Below, piece by piece: positions 1 to 13,602 of a stretch of 64,000 bases of DNA; within the stretch, counting starts at the first letter, position 1; the number at the start of each line of letters is the position of its first letter. This DNA comes from Catajapyx aquilonaris. Lineage: Eukaryota. The notes under the pieces are model-generated. The model saw nothing but the letters and a program-made list of their open reading frames with translations, searched no databases and was not told where the DNA came from. Both the position numbers and the translations under genes were made by a program. The stretch is taken from positions 124,001 to 188,000 of the forward strand of contig KZ538019.1 in assembly GCA_000934665.2 (NCBI GenBank), read 5' to 3'.

Positions 1-2523
1 ACGTGAATTTCGTGTTGAAACAGCTTTCATCACACTGCGGAATCACCTGCTTTCTTGACTTACTCGTTAAACATTTTATGCCCCCAATTTTACTGCCAGT
101 TGAAGGTAAACATCCACTCACTAGTACGGGCTACAATATACACTAAAACCGGAGTCTATCCGCGTTCCATAACTCTTTACACACCAACCGACCGCCTCTT
201 GCTGGGCTAGACAGCATGATAACGATAGGTTGCAAATTTGTTTTCTTCTCTGCGGATATTGCAGCGGGGCGTTGCATAGAAATTCTCCATCGATCGTTGG
301 TTGGACCTAGGACTAGGAAAAGGATCCCAGCCCACCTCATTTCCCGACTTGCGATCAAGGCAGCACCACCAGAAGCAAAACCGGGGTTTATCCTGGCATC
401 ATTCCCACCTGGACCCAAATTGGATAACTTTTTTTTCCACCCTGTTTTCTTCCTCCACACATTTTTTTTGAGCTGAGAAAAATGCGGCTCCGTTTTTCTA
501 TGCTTTTATTTGCAAGTGGTGTGTAACTGCTTGGTGCTTTGGATTCAGCCAATGTTGCGTAGCACTGCTGGCGAACATCCTAACCACGTTATTGCAGGCG
601 TGACTTCACAGTTCCATGCCCTTGCTATGTGTTCCTGACAGGATTATTCGGCTGATTCAATTTGTTTTGTGGGGGGAACCTATAGTCTTCAAACCGGCTT
701 CTCGCTTGGTCTTATCAGATTTCATAGTACACCATCCTTCACGGAGAGGTCTGGCCATATTTTGAGGGTGAGTGTCCCAAAATAAACAGGGTTGCATAAA
801 AATGCAATTACGTACAAAGCTGGTTGCATGACGCTGCTCAAGTGTTGACGAAGGTAACATTTTATAGAGTGACCTTTTGCCACAGGTATTTATGGCGGAT
901 CATTACGCTCATGCCCTACGTAATAAACTGTGCAAGTTGTGAGTGAGTCGAAGCAGAGAGTGACATTTCGATGGCTATTGATTGACTCTAGTAAGCCGAA
1001 TGAAACGCCAGCTATTTGAGGAATGTTTGTAATACTGAGCTGCACTCTCATTGCTACTACTTTTTGTCGCAAATTGTCAATATTATTAGTAAAATGGCAT
1101 ATGGTTATATTAATTTGTGAAAATTTGTTAAGAGTACTATTTGTAATGCTTTATAATGTATTTTAAAGGCTCGAGGCCCCTGATACAACCTGTTAGTTTA
1201 AATTGTTAAAAATCAATACCATTCGTATAACAAATTTATAACGATTCATATTATATATCACATTTTATTATAATATTAATGCGCGATTAATATACATAAA
1301 ATTATTTTAAATGTACAAATTATGAAATCCTCTACAGTAATTCGTCCCCATCATGTCGTGCCTGTATAAAATTTGGGAAGGAGCAGCATACGCCATCTAC
1401 AGATTTTCTTTCCAATTTTTCTTCGCCTCCGTCATGTCGTGCCGGTATTTGCTGGCTTTTGAGTTAGTACTTTTCTAAAACAGCATTGATTATGCCGTTA
1501 CAGAGCATACATCGCAAAAAAAATTCGCCAACAAATTCAGTATTGGAATGCCCCCAGAGACACGCCCACTTTCGCCTCCGCAACCGTCCTGGCGTGACAA
1601 ACGCAACGCGGAAATTAAAATTCCAGGCTGAGTAATTACCACCGATTGAACACGGGGCCTAATTTAATGGTTGGAAGGCAGGGGAAGGGTGCGAATCTTT
1701 TGTGTTGTGCTATCTGATATGCCAGGTGGGAATCGCAATAGGAATCTCTCGCAAATGAGGTGTTAGATCACTCCGACTCGCTGACAGAAGGATTTGAGCG
1801 TCATCTAAAAAAAACGGTCCAAAAGATGAGGACTTTGTGTCAGGGGTGATGGAAGGCTTTTTGTCACCCATCACCTGCCCAACCGTTCGTAAAATTTTTG
1901 GGGCCTTCGCAGATCGATTGTTTAATTACGAGCGGCTTGGTACTTTGTATGCCAAACGGTTTGGGTCGTTATTTTGGGCAATTATAAATTGCGCTGTCAG
2001 CTACCTGAGCGTTAAATTCAATAATAATAATAATGCACTGCTCGGGCCGCCAAGGCCTATTAAATAATTAGGGCTACAAACCAGTTTAATGTGTAGGGTC
2101 AGTTTCCTGATGCATTGTGAAGGTTTGCATGGTGGAAGTATAGATAAGGCTTCCAAATGCAGTTGGCAAATATCAAAACTCAAAAGAGTGTTTGTCACAG
2201 CGGGTTTGCGTCAGTTTTTAAAATGCTCATTGTGTTCATTGAATAGACCACGGGGCCTATTAGAGCGGGCTGGGATTGCGCATTATTGCGACCCCGGGGC
2301 AACACCTGTGGAGCCTAATCTTCAACAATCATTTGCCGAGCCGCATTTTTATACGGGACAGTTAATTACTGCCTCCAATCCTCCGGGACTTCTTTGATAA
2401 GAGTGAATGCAGGAAAATGTGTTGATATCACACGGAAGCCATACATTGTCATCCAAATCGCTAAGCTGTTAATTTTAATAGTTAACAAAAATGTTAGCTG
2501 CCTATAGTATTAGTAGTAGCCAA

Positions 2524-2739
2524 GGGACTGCCATTTGTTTAATTGGGTTCGGGGATTCTACCTGCTGCGCTACTATTAGCCGCAACTCTTATGGCATGGT
2601 TACTTTTTAAATGGCTGGTTATAAAACGTATTGGCGTTTCATAACCATTGAAAGTAACGGTGCCAAAGTTTCGGCTAAAAATAGCGCAGCAGTTAGAACC
2701 GGGGAATCCCCCTCAACCAATTAGCCCAATGGCAGTCCC
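2524..2739. mobile_element. Palindromic MITE
   Basis: GGGACTGCCATT..AATGGCAGTCCC termini; inner pairs CTGCTGCGCTA/TAGCGCAGCAG and GTTACTTT/AAAGTAAC. Confidence 0.7.
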
Positions 2740-3865
2740 CCGACTTGATGACACCGGTGTAACAAATAGCATGTTTCGACCAGTAGATTACTAATGCTAC
2801 AGCTGGCGAATGTTCTCATAGAGCACAAAAGCCGGATGCTAGTCTGTATAGTAATGGATGCTGGGGCACTATGTTTTCGGGGCGGAAGCTAAAGGCGCCG
2901 TAGAGTCCTGCAGTAAATAGCCAGTGTCTGGCCTCCATTTGCATAAGCAGTCGGCTATAAATTAGGGCCGAAAACGACGCCGCAACCAGGATGACCGTTC
3001 ATGGGCTGGTATTAGGCTAGAATGGACGCCATGATCTGTCAGAGTGGGACGGGACACTTTTTGGAAGGTAGCCATTACATTGAATGCAGGCGGCGGTTTT
3101 TGTTGTTTAGTTGCTTGGTTTGGCTCCGGGTCGGAACCGGCGGTAGGAAGTCATAATTTGAGTGCTTCTGCTCATTGTCCGACCGTGTATTTTCCAGGAC
3201 AATGGTAACAAACTTTGAGAGGGGTGGAGGGGGGAGGGGGGCATAAAATGGCGCGCAGGTTGACACAAAACGGAGGAAATGTCGCATGTCCAGTGTGTGC
3301 TACTTGCTTTCAACGGGGTGATAAATTACTCCGGACAACTTATGAAGTGCGCCATTCGGTTTCGAGATGACCGCATAAACTTTTGAGGGGTTTGCTGCAA
3401 GCTGGCGATATCAGATATGCAAATTGACGGGGCTTGAAAGGATCTATTACAGAGTCAGTTTTTGGGCCATGGCGCATGATAATTTTTAGTGAAGGTTATC
3501 CCTAATAATGCTGGAAATGAAGCCTATAGTTTTTTCATGACTGCATTTTAAACAGGCAGTTTTTCACAACTATACAAATGTGGGGAAATTGCTGCTGACA
3601 TCCCAATTTTTAGCCAGCACAAACAGTTAACTTTCATTTTTCATTACAGTTGGAATTTATTTCACTAAAAATTATCAAGGCTTGCTGATCCTTTGCAGGC
3701 GACCCATATTTTTGGTGGGTCCAATATGCTTTTGATCTGTTGACCCTATATACCCGAAATTTTGTCACACAATATCTTCTCTGTGGATTCAAATATACCA
3801 CCGCTTCATTAGCAAGCCCCCCTCTGGTTCATTACCGAATTCACATATCGCCTTAAGCAGCTTAC

Positions 3866-3956
3866 CTGTGATGGCGTATGCTGAGCTAATGGGCATAACG
3901 ATGACGCCAACTGTCAGATCAGCAGCCGCGAGGCTCATGATGAACATGTTGGAAAC
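3866..3956 (-). CDS. Same GPCR, coding exon 2: TM2 (VSNMFIMSLAAADLTVGVIVMPISSAYAIT + G)
   Basis: Too short for the ORF track; translated by hand. Acceptor cctttgcAG at 3957, donor G|GTAAG at 3865. It joins exon 1 in phase 0 to give RRLQTVSNMFIMSLAAADL, with the SLAxxD and VMP motifs of aminergic TM2. No DRY-containing exon found in 1-3865. Confidence 0.93.
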
Positions 3957-6900
3957 CTGCAAAGGAGAAAGGTAGAGGGGGTTTCAGCACTAATGAGCAT
4001 CTGAGGAGCGAGTAATTAATAAAGTTTTGGCCATGGCACGCCTTTTTTATTTGAGTCGCTTTTATATACTGTGTCCTTATAGATCGAGCAGGCGCCATTA
4101 ACCTTGAGGTTGATATAATTTACAACGTTTCGTGCAGGCATTGTTGTCTCAAAGTGCAACTCTTAACACTGTGGCGAGTGTAGGGAAAAGGAAATTGAGC
4201 GACAAAAGAAGGAGGACTCTTTACAAAAAAAAAGGAAGAAGAAAGTCCATCGATCATTTGACAAATTGAGGCACTCTGGCGGAGGGGATTTGAACATGCT
4301 TTCGGACTTGAAGCATCATCATGCACTCGAAGGGAGAGGAATTCCTGCTGGTTTTAACCCTCCTTCAGAGTGGGGAGCCACTACGTAAAGGCCACAAAGT
4401 GCGGAAAATTTGCAAGGATTCGTCTTCATCGGGCTCAGAAGGCCCGTTTGTTACTCCAAATGGTGACAAAAGGTGGAGGAGTGACAACGAAAAATTCGCG
4501 TATTATGCCTCAAGATGTGCTTATATAAATACTAGTTTTCGCGGAGAAGATAATTTATTTTCTGAGGCGCGGTGTTACGTAAACGCAGCGAACTATAAAA
4601 CACACAAAAAACCCTAAATGGCTGAAGTGCTCGTTAAAGGGCTTCTCATTTTTCTGGAGCTGCTCAGCTGAATGATGTATAGCGTTTTGAGAATACAGCG
4701 TATAGCGTGGTAAACAAACCGCAATTTGAACCTTGAGTGATGACCAACTTGGTGTATTTTTAGAGCATATTATTACTGCAAGATGGGTAATATTCGCTGA
4801 AAATATTTTAGGGTCTGTAAATTATTTTTTTGATGAATTTTTCTGCATTTGATATAGATTCCTGCTGACTCAATATATTATTTTTCACCCATTTGAATAC
4901 GTCACTTAATTTGACAGCACCTGGCTTGAGTCAACTAGTGCGTGTGCTATTTCGAAAATTGAGCCTAAAACCACTCCAGAATAATTTTGCGAGAAATCCC
5001 GCACACTGCATGACAAGCCCTTTAACCACATGAAGTCGTTTGACGTCCCAAGTAATTTAAAAACCGTCAGAGGAAGCTTAGAAAACCTGCGGGAAATCTG
5101 GTAAGAAAAATCATTACTGCAGTGGCAAATTGACAGCAGGCATGTGCTGGCCTCCATTCCATTGTCAAAGTGAATCCAAGTTGGTGCGCTGGAGTGGCCG
5201 ACAGGCAATCAACCGCCCAGAAGCAAAATCCTCCAACCTCACACTGAGGTCTGTATCTGGGCTTGGGCCAAAACCCAGTCCTAAAATCCGCATGTTCAAG
5301 ACGGGCTTTTGCCAGGAGATACGAAGGCACCAGAAATTTCCATGTTACTCGCCTGGGTGTTGTTTCCTCCCATCTAATTCGGAATTAGGGCGGACAGCCC
5401 CACGAATTTGCATGCCGATCGGACACAGACGCTGCCCGCATGAAGAGAATGTGATAACAACCGACTAGGGCTTCGCTGAGCAAAAAAAAGTGGGGGAAAA
5501 GTGAAAATGTCGTCACGACAAAAAAGAGAAGTTGAAATTGCTCCGGTGTCCTATGTCAGTAAGTTGCGAACTTCTCGAGTACAATATAAGGTCTGGGAAA
5601 GTGGATACCGTGCGGCTGAACTGCTGCAACTTTTTCTGCTGCGGAAACAGCTCTTATTTGAGAGGAGATTTCTTTTATCTCATTTTTGTGCGGAAATATC
5701 TTCGAGTGTTAAATAATGTCGCGAACAATATTAAATATTGCATATTGCAACCCACATGCTATTTCATGTCACTCATCCCCAAAAGTCTACTGTGGATGAA
5801 TAGAAAACATGGACCTGCACCTGACCTGCATGACAATCGAGAGCCCAGACATGCAATAAGGGTCTCCTGCCACGTGCACTGCTCGTTGCAACCCGTATCA
5901 TGACACGAGATGACTTCTGGCGACAAGTCCACTTTGGCGCATTCATCACACCCTGTACGAGTCATCTGGGAAATATGACTGGGACAAGACGGCCTGAAGT
6001 CTCCTGTAAAGGTCTGCTGAAGGGGTCCTGCCAAGATATTTCACGTGTATAGTATGAGCCAGAACTGACCTCAAATCCTTCTGAAAATTTTGACTCACCC
6101 TGTACACTGTCCTCTACGCGCAACCCACAAAGAGATGTATCGATCCTAGAGTGAGGTGACCCTCTCCAATAGTTGCGTGCCTTGCTCTATTATAGGATCG
6201 GGCTTATTAAGTGCAGCAGCGTAAATTGTAGCTGACGAGCTGGAATTCAATGCTGGAGGAAGATTGCCAGTCATTATGGGCAATTATGGCCGGAAGTTGT
6301 GTCTGTCAATTGCTCCTCCCTTCTCTTTGGGTCACTGATGGGGTGAACTTGGCCCACATTGTTGAGACGCAGTTGGTTAATTATTGCCCTTGGTCAGTGC
6401 TCAGTTTTACTTGTCTGGAAGCTTCTTGCTACCTACTTTTTTCTCAGCCTGTTCCTGTAATAATGCGATCTTGATAGGATCTGCACAGGTGGCCCATTCA
6501 GATGCTTTAATGTGACTGCGTAGGGCCTAAATGGGGTTTTCTCCGCTAGGAAATAATGAAAAAGGCGGCAAAAAAAATTGTAAGTGCGACGCTACCGAAT
6601 TTTGGGCCCGGACTCTCCTCGGAGAATCCAATTTTCCCAATAAAGCAAGGGGGGAAAAATCATTCCTGAGTAGGATTTTATTGTCGCATGCCACGTAGGC
6701 GCGAATCGGGACAAAATTTTATTATAATCGGCTCCTAGGGATGTAGGAAGACTCGCAGCAAATGCTTAAATTTGCTTCTAAAGTAATGAGCGAGAGGAAA
6801 AGCGGGAAATTTCTTCAGCCATTTGATAAGCAGGAGCAGGTAACGACTCTAATTTACCACGCTCGCTCCTTAAAATTGCCATTTTGACAACTCGCTTTCC

Positions 6901-9900
6901 AGACGCGTCAAGTTTTCCATATACACGTATATAGGGTGGTCTATAATAATTTTGAAGAAGAAAAAAAACAGGTTCATTGCACTGATTGCAGTGCATCGTC
7001 CAACACGATTGAGACGATATAAAATTTTTGCTTCAATTTAAAATTGTCTCAATATTATTGAGCGATATTGTATACTAAACATGAATATTGTCGTTACAGC
7101 CACAAAATCCACTTTGGATTCATATTTTATATCTTGAATCCCATTAACTTGGTCGTAAGGTTTTGACGAGGTGACACCAGCAACATAAAGTCTGATTACA
7201 AAACACCTTGTATTCCTATACAGTGGCAGCCCATCTTACAGGCTGGGATTACTTGGCAAAGTGCGGTCCGATGCCGAATAGAAAATAAACGTGACGCAAG
7301 TGTCGTTTGTCAAATCTGTGATCAGTCCAGGTCGTTTTAGGAAGCTACTTAAAAAAAGAACGGATAAAAGAGCATGGGAGCTATTGGACTCGGAATTGGC
7401 GTCCAGACGCGGCCTCTTTTGGAGTGTTATGGCTGGAGTAAAGTGGACGCCAACAACGGACGACAGCTCGGCCAGGACTTTACGACACCCACTGGCTTCA
7501 ATGGAGAAAGTAAAGGCACGCTGTTTGCTGTCCAAGACACACCGCACGTACCCGGTGTGCGGTTGGGAAATTTGCGAGGCTGGCAAATTGACTGACAGAT
7601 CGCAAGTTTTGTTTCGTTGCGGTTACGGTTACGGTCGCGGTCACAATGTTCCACTCTTTCTTATGTCTGGAAATAGAGGGGGGACAACTTTAGGAGGCTG
7701 CAACAGTGTGTGTCGCTGGCACTTGTTGGAAAGAGCCAAACTACTGGACGGTTGATGAAAAGTCGGCCGTCTGAGTAGATAACATGAGTGAAGGACTACG
7801 AAGTACAGGACGAAACACTGCAAAAGTCGCTCAAACAATGGTTCTCGTGCGCATTACATTGCTTCCCAGAGCGACATTGATTGTTGTTAACAATATGTAT
7901 AAAGAGCATGAATAAGCCGTCCTTGATCGACGCGAATTATACTGCCGGAATTTATTGGACGCGTTATGTAACTGAGATCCTGGAACAATAATGTCGCGTG
8001 AAGAATCGACCTATTCCACATATACCCCACTTTTTCCATATCTTTTGCTTTTATCTGAGGTTAGCCTGCAGGGTAAACCGAACCTGGACAGCTGCGGTTA
8101 TAATCAAAATCCGATCAATGACAAATTAGGCATCTCCGAGGAAAAACGATCACGCTCTCACAAAAATTACCATCAGCTATAGCATGTTGAGCAAAATAGT
8201 CACCTGCATGCACCTACCAAGAGTTAAAATTACCAACATCTTTCAGGATACTGCGCAATTTCGGATTTCTTACAAATTTGGAAAATCCTCCATTGAGTGT
8301 CAACGTACTACGTGCGAGTATGGCAGCCTCTCATTTCCAATCTAGTTCGGATGGCTTTAATCCAGATCCTTGGCGACACGTCTGCCACACATATCCAGAG
8401 CTAAAATCTGGCTATATATAAGGGCCCCCCTCCATTTTCAGTGAGAGAGGAAGTGTTTAAATTGGAGTCGACTTGGAAATTGGTCTTTACACCGTTCCAC
8501 CATCAGTCCCCCTCCGGTCCTTGGAAGACTTTGGCAGGAAGGGTATAGACTCCCGAGGGCTTCTGATAGGAAAATCGTGTCCAGTTCGTCTTATGGAGGT
8601 GACAAGGCCGTCTGGACCACGTCCGTCGGGACTTCAGGTTTTGTGAATCGTAAAAATAAAGATTGGCTACTGGACATTTTGCAGTATGCCGAAGCAGTCC
8701 AACAATTATTTGCTCCAACAGTTTGCACTTATTGTTGATTCAGACAGGTTTCTTCTTTAGTTGATGGGGAAAACAATCTGCTCTCCATCTTGGACAGTGC
8801 CGATGTGCCAAGTTTGTTAGCTTAGGCCAGTCGGCCAGATAACGTGCTCTACCCCATGCTTAACGATGCGCAAACAGGCTTCTCACATGTTAGGCATCTA
8901 TGCAAATCTCTATGTAGATGTGCAATAACGCACAGTTTGCAGTTTTTAGCTGTTTCCTACAGGCCACAGAGTTGTACCTATTAGTGCTTTCAAGCCTGTA
9001 ATTGTTAGTTTGATAGTTACCATTGTGACGTCCGGACTTGAAGTAATAAACGACATCTGCGACCAACGGCTGGAATTGACATCGGGCTGTCCGTTTCAAC
9101 AGTTCTGAATGATGTGGGACGTTATCGGATGCTTGGGACATCCCGATAAACGCTCTTCATTACTGGCCGGATCAAAATCTGGTGAATTGCCCAATCGAAC
9201 ACATATTTCTCCTGGGTAATGTCCAGGATTTAGTCGTCTGACATGCGAGGACAAAAGAGCAGGAAAAAGATTTGAACGTGTCGAACCCACCCACGTTACA
9301 TAAGCGCAAAAGCTGCTTATTTGTATGATATGCCAGGAATTTTCATATCAATACTTTGCCTATCTCTGAACCGCGAAAAAACAATGTCATTTCAGGGATA
9401 ATATGGATCAACCGATATAATGCGCTTTTATATATATGATAGCTGCGCTTTGAATTTAAACAAACCTGACAGATATATTCACTATACAGATTGTTGCTTT
9501 TCTTAGAGTTTGATGTCGCGGAGTTCAGGAAAGAAGAGGCGTGGCTCGTGACTTTTGATATAGTGCATCCCCTTGAATTTCCCGGCCTGGAGATGGAAAA
9601 GGAGGGAATAAAATCCGTCCCGGTGGTTCAATCCACGTTTCCTAATAACTTCCTACAGCTCCTCATCGAAGGCAAGGAGGATTACGGTCGGACAGAAGCA
9701 AATAAACTGCCATTGAACGAGGGACTGCCATTTTAATATCCGTGAGTGGAGTGAGAGAAGGTACAGCACAGCAACCAGTCACGTTTTTCATCCTTATCTT
9801 GGTCAAAATATCGACAAAAGAATGCTTGGAGAGAGGTGAGGCTGGGAAGAAGAACTGGAGACTAGAATTCCAGGCACTTCCCTTTAACCTTTATATGACC

Positions 9901-12900
9901 GTGATTCGATATTGGGGGCTCCTTGGGTAGGCTCGTTGGCTCCAAATGGTCTCGGCTGAGGAGGCTTTCAATCCTGGGTATTCTTCCATCCTCTTTACTG
10001 CCATTCGGTTCTCAAAGGGCCCTATACCAAAGGCCACTAAATCGGCACCTCCACCGCCTCTCAACACGACGGCAGAAAAGCCCTCTTGTATTCCTTCCGA
10101 GGACTTCTTCAGCCCTGCTTCAGTCTTACATGGTCGTCAAACACGAACCACGCTGAAGACTTACCGAGTTCAAAGGAGAAGACGTACTGTACCGAAAGCT
10201 ATACTTTTGGTTGAAATTATTCATCCTGACCTACAGATGACCGTACCGCCTCTGTTGTTCGCCATGAGACATAAGTGGCAGGGGCTCAAGTTGAGGATAT
10301 TTTATCGGATAAAAGTCGCCAACCACAGGATCAACTTCACTAATAGTCAAGGTCGAATATAAGACCGATGTATGTGAGTTACTAAGCTGGCTTAAGTGCA
10401 AATGAATGTGCACCATGGGCGTGCACTAAATGTGCACTGTACAGCATAATTTTGCGGGATAAGTCCTCCCAAGTCTTGTGGGAGGAAAGTAAAATAATGC
10501 ATATTGCCATGAAACGCAACAACCGGGTTTTTGCGCGCTAAATGCAGGCCACTACATGAGTGAAGAGCACTTCCTTTTAGGCACGGTAACTGCGCGCTTA
10601 TGCTGAACTTTGCAATATGATAGGTCGGCGTACGTGGGCGTGAGGGGGTGTTCCGCACTGCGGAATTACAGTTAGGTGCGATAGAGCGATGCACTAACTG
10701 CACTATTTTGTGAAGTTTTCAATGTTAAACGCATGACTGATAAACACACTCGGCTCCGGACCCGGTCGTTTGTATTTAAGGTACAGTACGCCTAAAACTC
10801 CTGTGGTATAGCTTCACGAAGCGACGCGACTTCAAGGATATAACTTTCACTTGCCTTTCAATACAGTCATGTGGATTTGACAACTATGTTTTTAACAAGG
10901 ACTATCCGGCTCTCAAAAGGGACATTTTGTTGTAGGTTCAGTGACACACAACCTGTTATTTTAAATATTACAGGCGCCTCTAATGTAAGTCAATGATTAC
11001 TTTTAATATAAATTAAAAAATACTATATGCAAAAAAGCTGCGGGCTTGTCACGGAGAAGCCAATTATAATAATTGAGTGTCCGTTAGAGATGTTCTTTCA
11101 ATGATGCAACATGGCCTCGTGCATCATTTTTGCTCTCTATTAGGGAAATTCTGCTGCTACGAAAATACCAGGATGGAACAAAAAAACGGCTTATCTTCTC
11201 CGCAACCTCCCTGTTAAGTTTTTCCCCCCGCGAGAAACAAAACCATGGGCGCGCATACTTAGAAGAACTTAAAGGTGGACTTGCAGAATAATTTTGCAAT
11301 ATTAGACTATACTATAGACTCGACACTTCAGGCCTATAAAGTTTGATTGGCCTCTATATCAACGCTATTGATTCTTCGGTAAACAGTTAACAACAATTTA
11401 ATGAGCCCCATTAAAATTTTACATCGGTTGACAAAGCCCGCCCATGACACCATTACTGACCATGTTTATTCCTATCGTTTCACACTGTTAATTGTGATGT
11501 TATGCGTCGCAAGAATAAGAATCGTTGTTCAAAACAACAAAATGAAATCTGACACCAACCTCCTAGTTTTCCTGCGCATGCGCGTCGTATTGCATTCCAC
11601 GCATGCGCAAACCTATAGTGGATGGAGCCATATGTCGTGTTCGCCCGATTTTCGGTCCATTAAAACCTTCCAGTGCTCTGTCGAATCGACAACTCGAAGC
11701 CAAGAGTAGTCATAAGGACAGTCGGACATCTCACGTGACAGATTTCCCCCGGCTCTTTTTCCCCTTCCATTATCGCTGGGACCAATCGTCCCGATTCCTC
11801 CCCCCATCGGGACTGTCCCACTCATTAAAGGAAGATGAAAGCGCGGCCCGGGCTTTTCTCATCGCCGTGGAACAAGCTCTGATTGTGAGCCAGCACTTAA
11901 AACAAATGCCTGCGGCGGCTGTCGGCATTTAGAAGGCCCGCTGCTGCTGCGATGGGTGTCCCCTCGGTGACATTCACTCCAATTTCCCTACCATTCAATT
12001 GCTTGGGCTGAGACGCAGAATTCAGATCGTTAGTTCGCTTAACGTCATCCAGGTAATTGAAAAATGAGCAGTTTTTTTAAAAGGCTGATGACGAACGCGG
12101 ATTATAACAATGGAGCGAAATGGAAAGGAAAATGATGGGAGGAGCATTAAAATTTTATTCCACGAACTAGTTTAAGGAGCAATTACTACTTCAACACGCT
12201 GTAAACTTATAGGGGAGGAGCAACTCCTGAATATTGATTCGATTTACTGTGGTAGTTGTGAGTACGTGAGTTGGTTGACTGTTGGAGATTCACCAGTTGC
12301 GTCATGATTACTGGAGGAAAGGAGAAAGGAGGGCATTGAATCTGCCTTTCCTTACGACTGTATTTTTGTCGACCCTCCTTTTGTATCGGGGGACGACAAT
12401 GTGCTGGGGCGCCTGTTAAAAGCACAAATGAGGTTGAAGCCCTTTGTGCTTAATGAGAGTGTTGGCATTGAAACCACGACAATGCCTTGTTCTAGGTACC
12501 TTGCTAGCGCCTCGTGTAATCAGTTGGCGTTTCCAATTTACCTGGAGACAAACTTCTGTAGGATTCTGGCCCTGCTTGGAAATGTGCCAGCCTATTTCTA
12601 ATTATCGACTGTCATGTCGGCGGCAGTTAACGAGCTTTTCAAGACAATGCGGAAGGGCTAGAGAGAATATAATGGCCTTACATTAGAAAAATACACTGCT
12701 ACTGATCTACATGATCAGAAGAAAAAAAATCCATTCTCTCGAGTCTGTAATCTTAGGGGGTGCGTTTTAATAAAAGTTGTCTCCATCGGAAATTGACTTT
12801 CCGTAGTGAACCTTCGCGACTCTTTAAAGGAGAAAGCACCATACCAAAGGTTTAAATTTCAGGAGTCAACAGGCATTTTCTCGGGGGAATAAACAGTTAA

Positions 12901-13155
12901 AATGCTGCATAAAGTTGTCATTTGCAACATAGTGGCAATCAACACATCCGGTGTACTGTAAACCCAGATCAATATCAGTTTTTACAGTGGCTAGATGCGT
13001 TAGTTAAAAGAGCTGTATTTTCACAGCTATAGTGTTGTAAAGAAAAGAAGAGAAATTCGAAATTTTCACTCTTTAGGAAAACTGCATTTGTTTCAGTTTT
13101 AGCAAAGCTTCACTCGTCTCTATATTTTCATTGGTAAAATTACATTGGAAATCGA

Positions 13156-13602
13156 TAACCGAAGCAGGTTGGTGGAGAGGATAAGACGTCCGACTGCTAA
13201 TCGGGAGGTCCTGGGTTCGAGTCCCGGGGACGGCGATCCTGACCGTGGTTTTCTGTAGTTTCCCAGTCCTCCCAGGAGAATTCCGGGGTCGCTTCCGTAA
13301 ATAATAGGCCACAGCCTTTCCTATCCTTGACCCATCGATGGGGAGGTGCGGTGTCGGTGGAGAGTTTCTGACCAGCACCTAGGGGGTTGGCTGGCAACCC
13401 GACCCCCTGGGGGACTGCACACGACCCCCAACATTAAGACAACGCACTTGCACCAGTGTCCCCTCCTCACAAATCCCTATCCTGATCCCTGCACCGGAGA
13501 TAAAAATGCGAATGAAAACATTCGTAAGAAAAAAAGGTGGTAATCCACCCCCCTAAAAGGGCTTCGTTCCCTCCAATGCGGTAAAAACAAAGCAAAACAA
13601 AA
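13156..13602 (+). mobile_element. tRNA-derived SINE
   Basis: A-box-like TGGTGGAGAGG, anticodon-like stem CGACTGCTAATCG, B-box GGTTCGAGTCC (13214-13224). Body GGTTTTCTGTAGTTTCCCAGTCCTCCCAGG resembles insect SINEs; A-rich tail. Degenerate TSD ACATTGGAAATCGA (13142-13155) / ACATTGTAAATTGA (13603-13616). Confidence 0.85.

Noticed and set aside
6084..6104. Tc1-like terminus TTTTGACTCACCCTG|TA (solo ends also at ~45727 and ~54733)
   Set aside because: No matching opposite TIR was found, so the element boundaries are unsupported.
7236..7838. Overlapping ORFs, including VVPPLFP resembling the THAP AVPTIF motif
   Set aside because: The C2CH zinc ligands could not be placed; similarity too weak.
12085..12120. 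CTGATGA...GAAA hammerhead-like core (CTGATGA also at ~22894, ~54976, ~62223)
   Set aside because: Stems I-III could not be formed.
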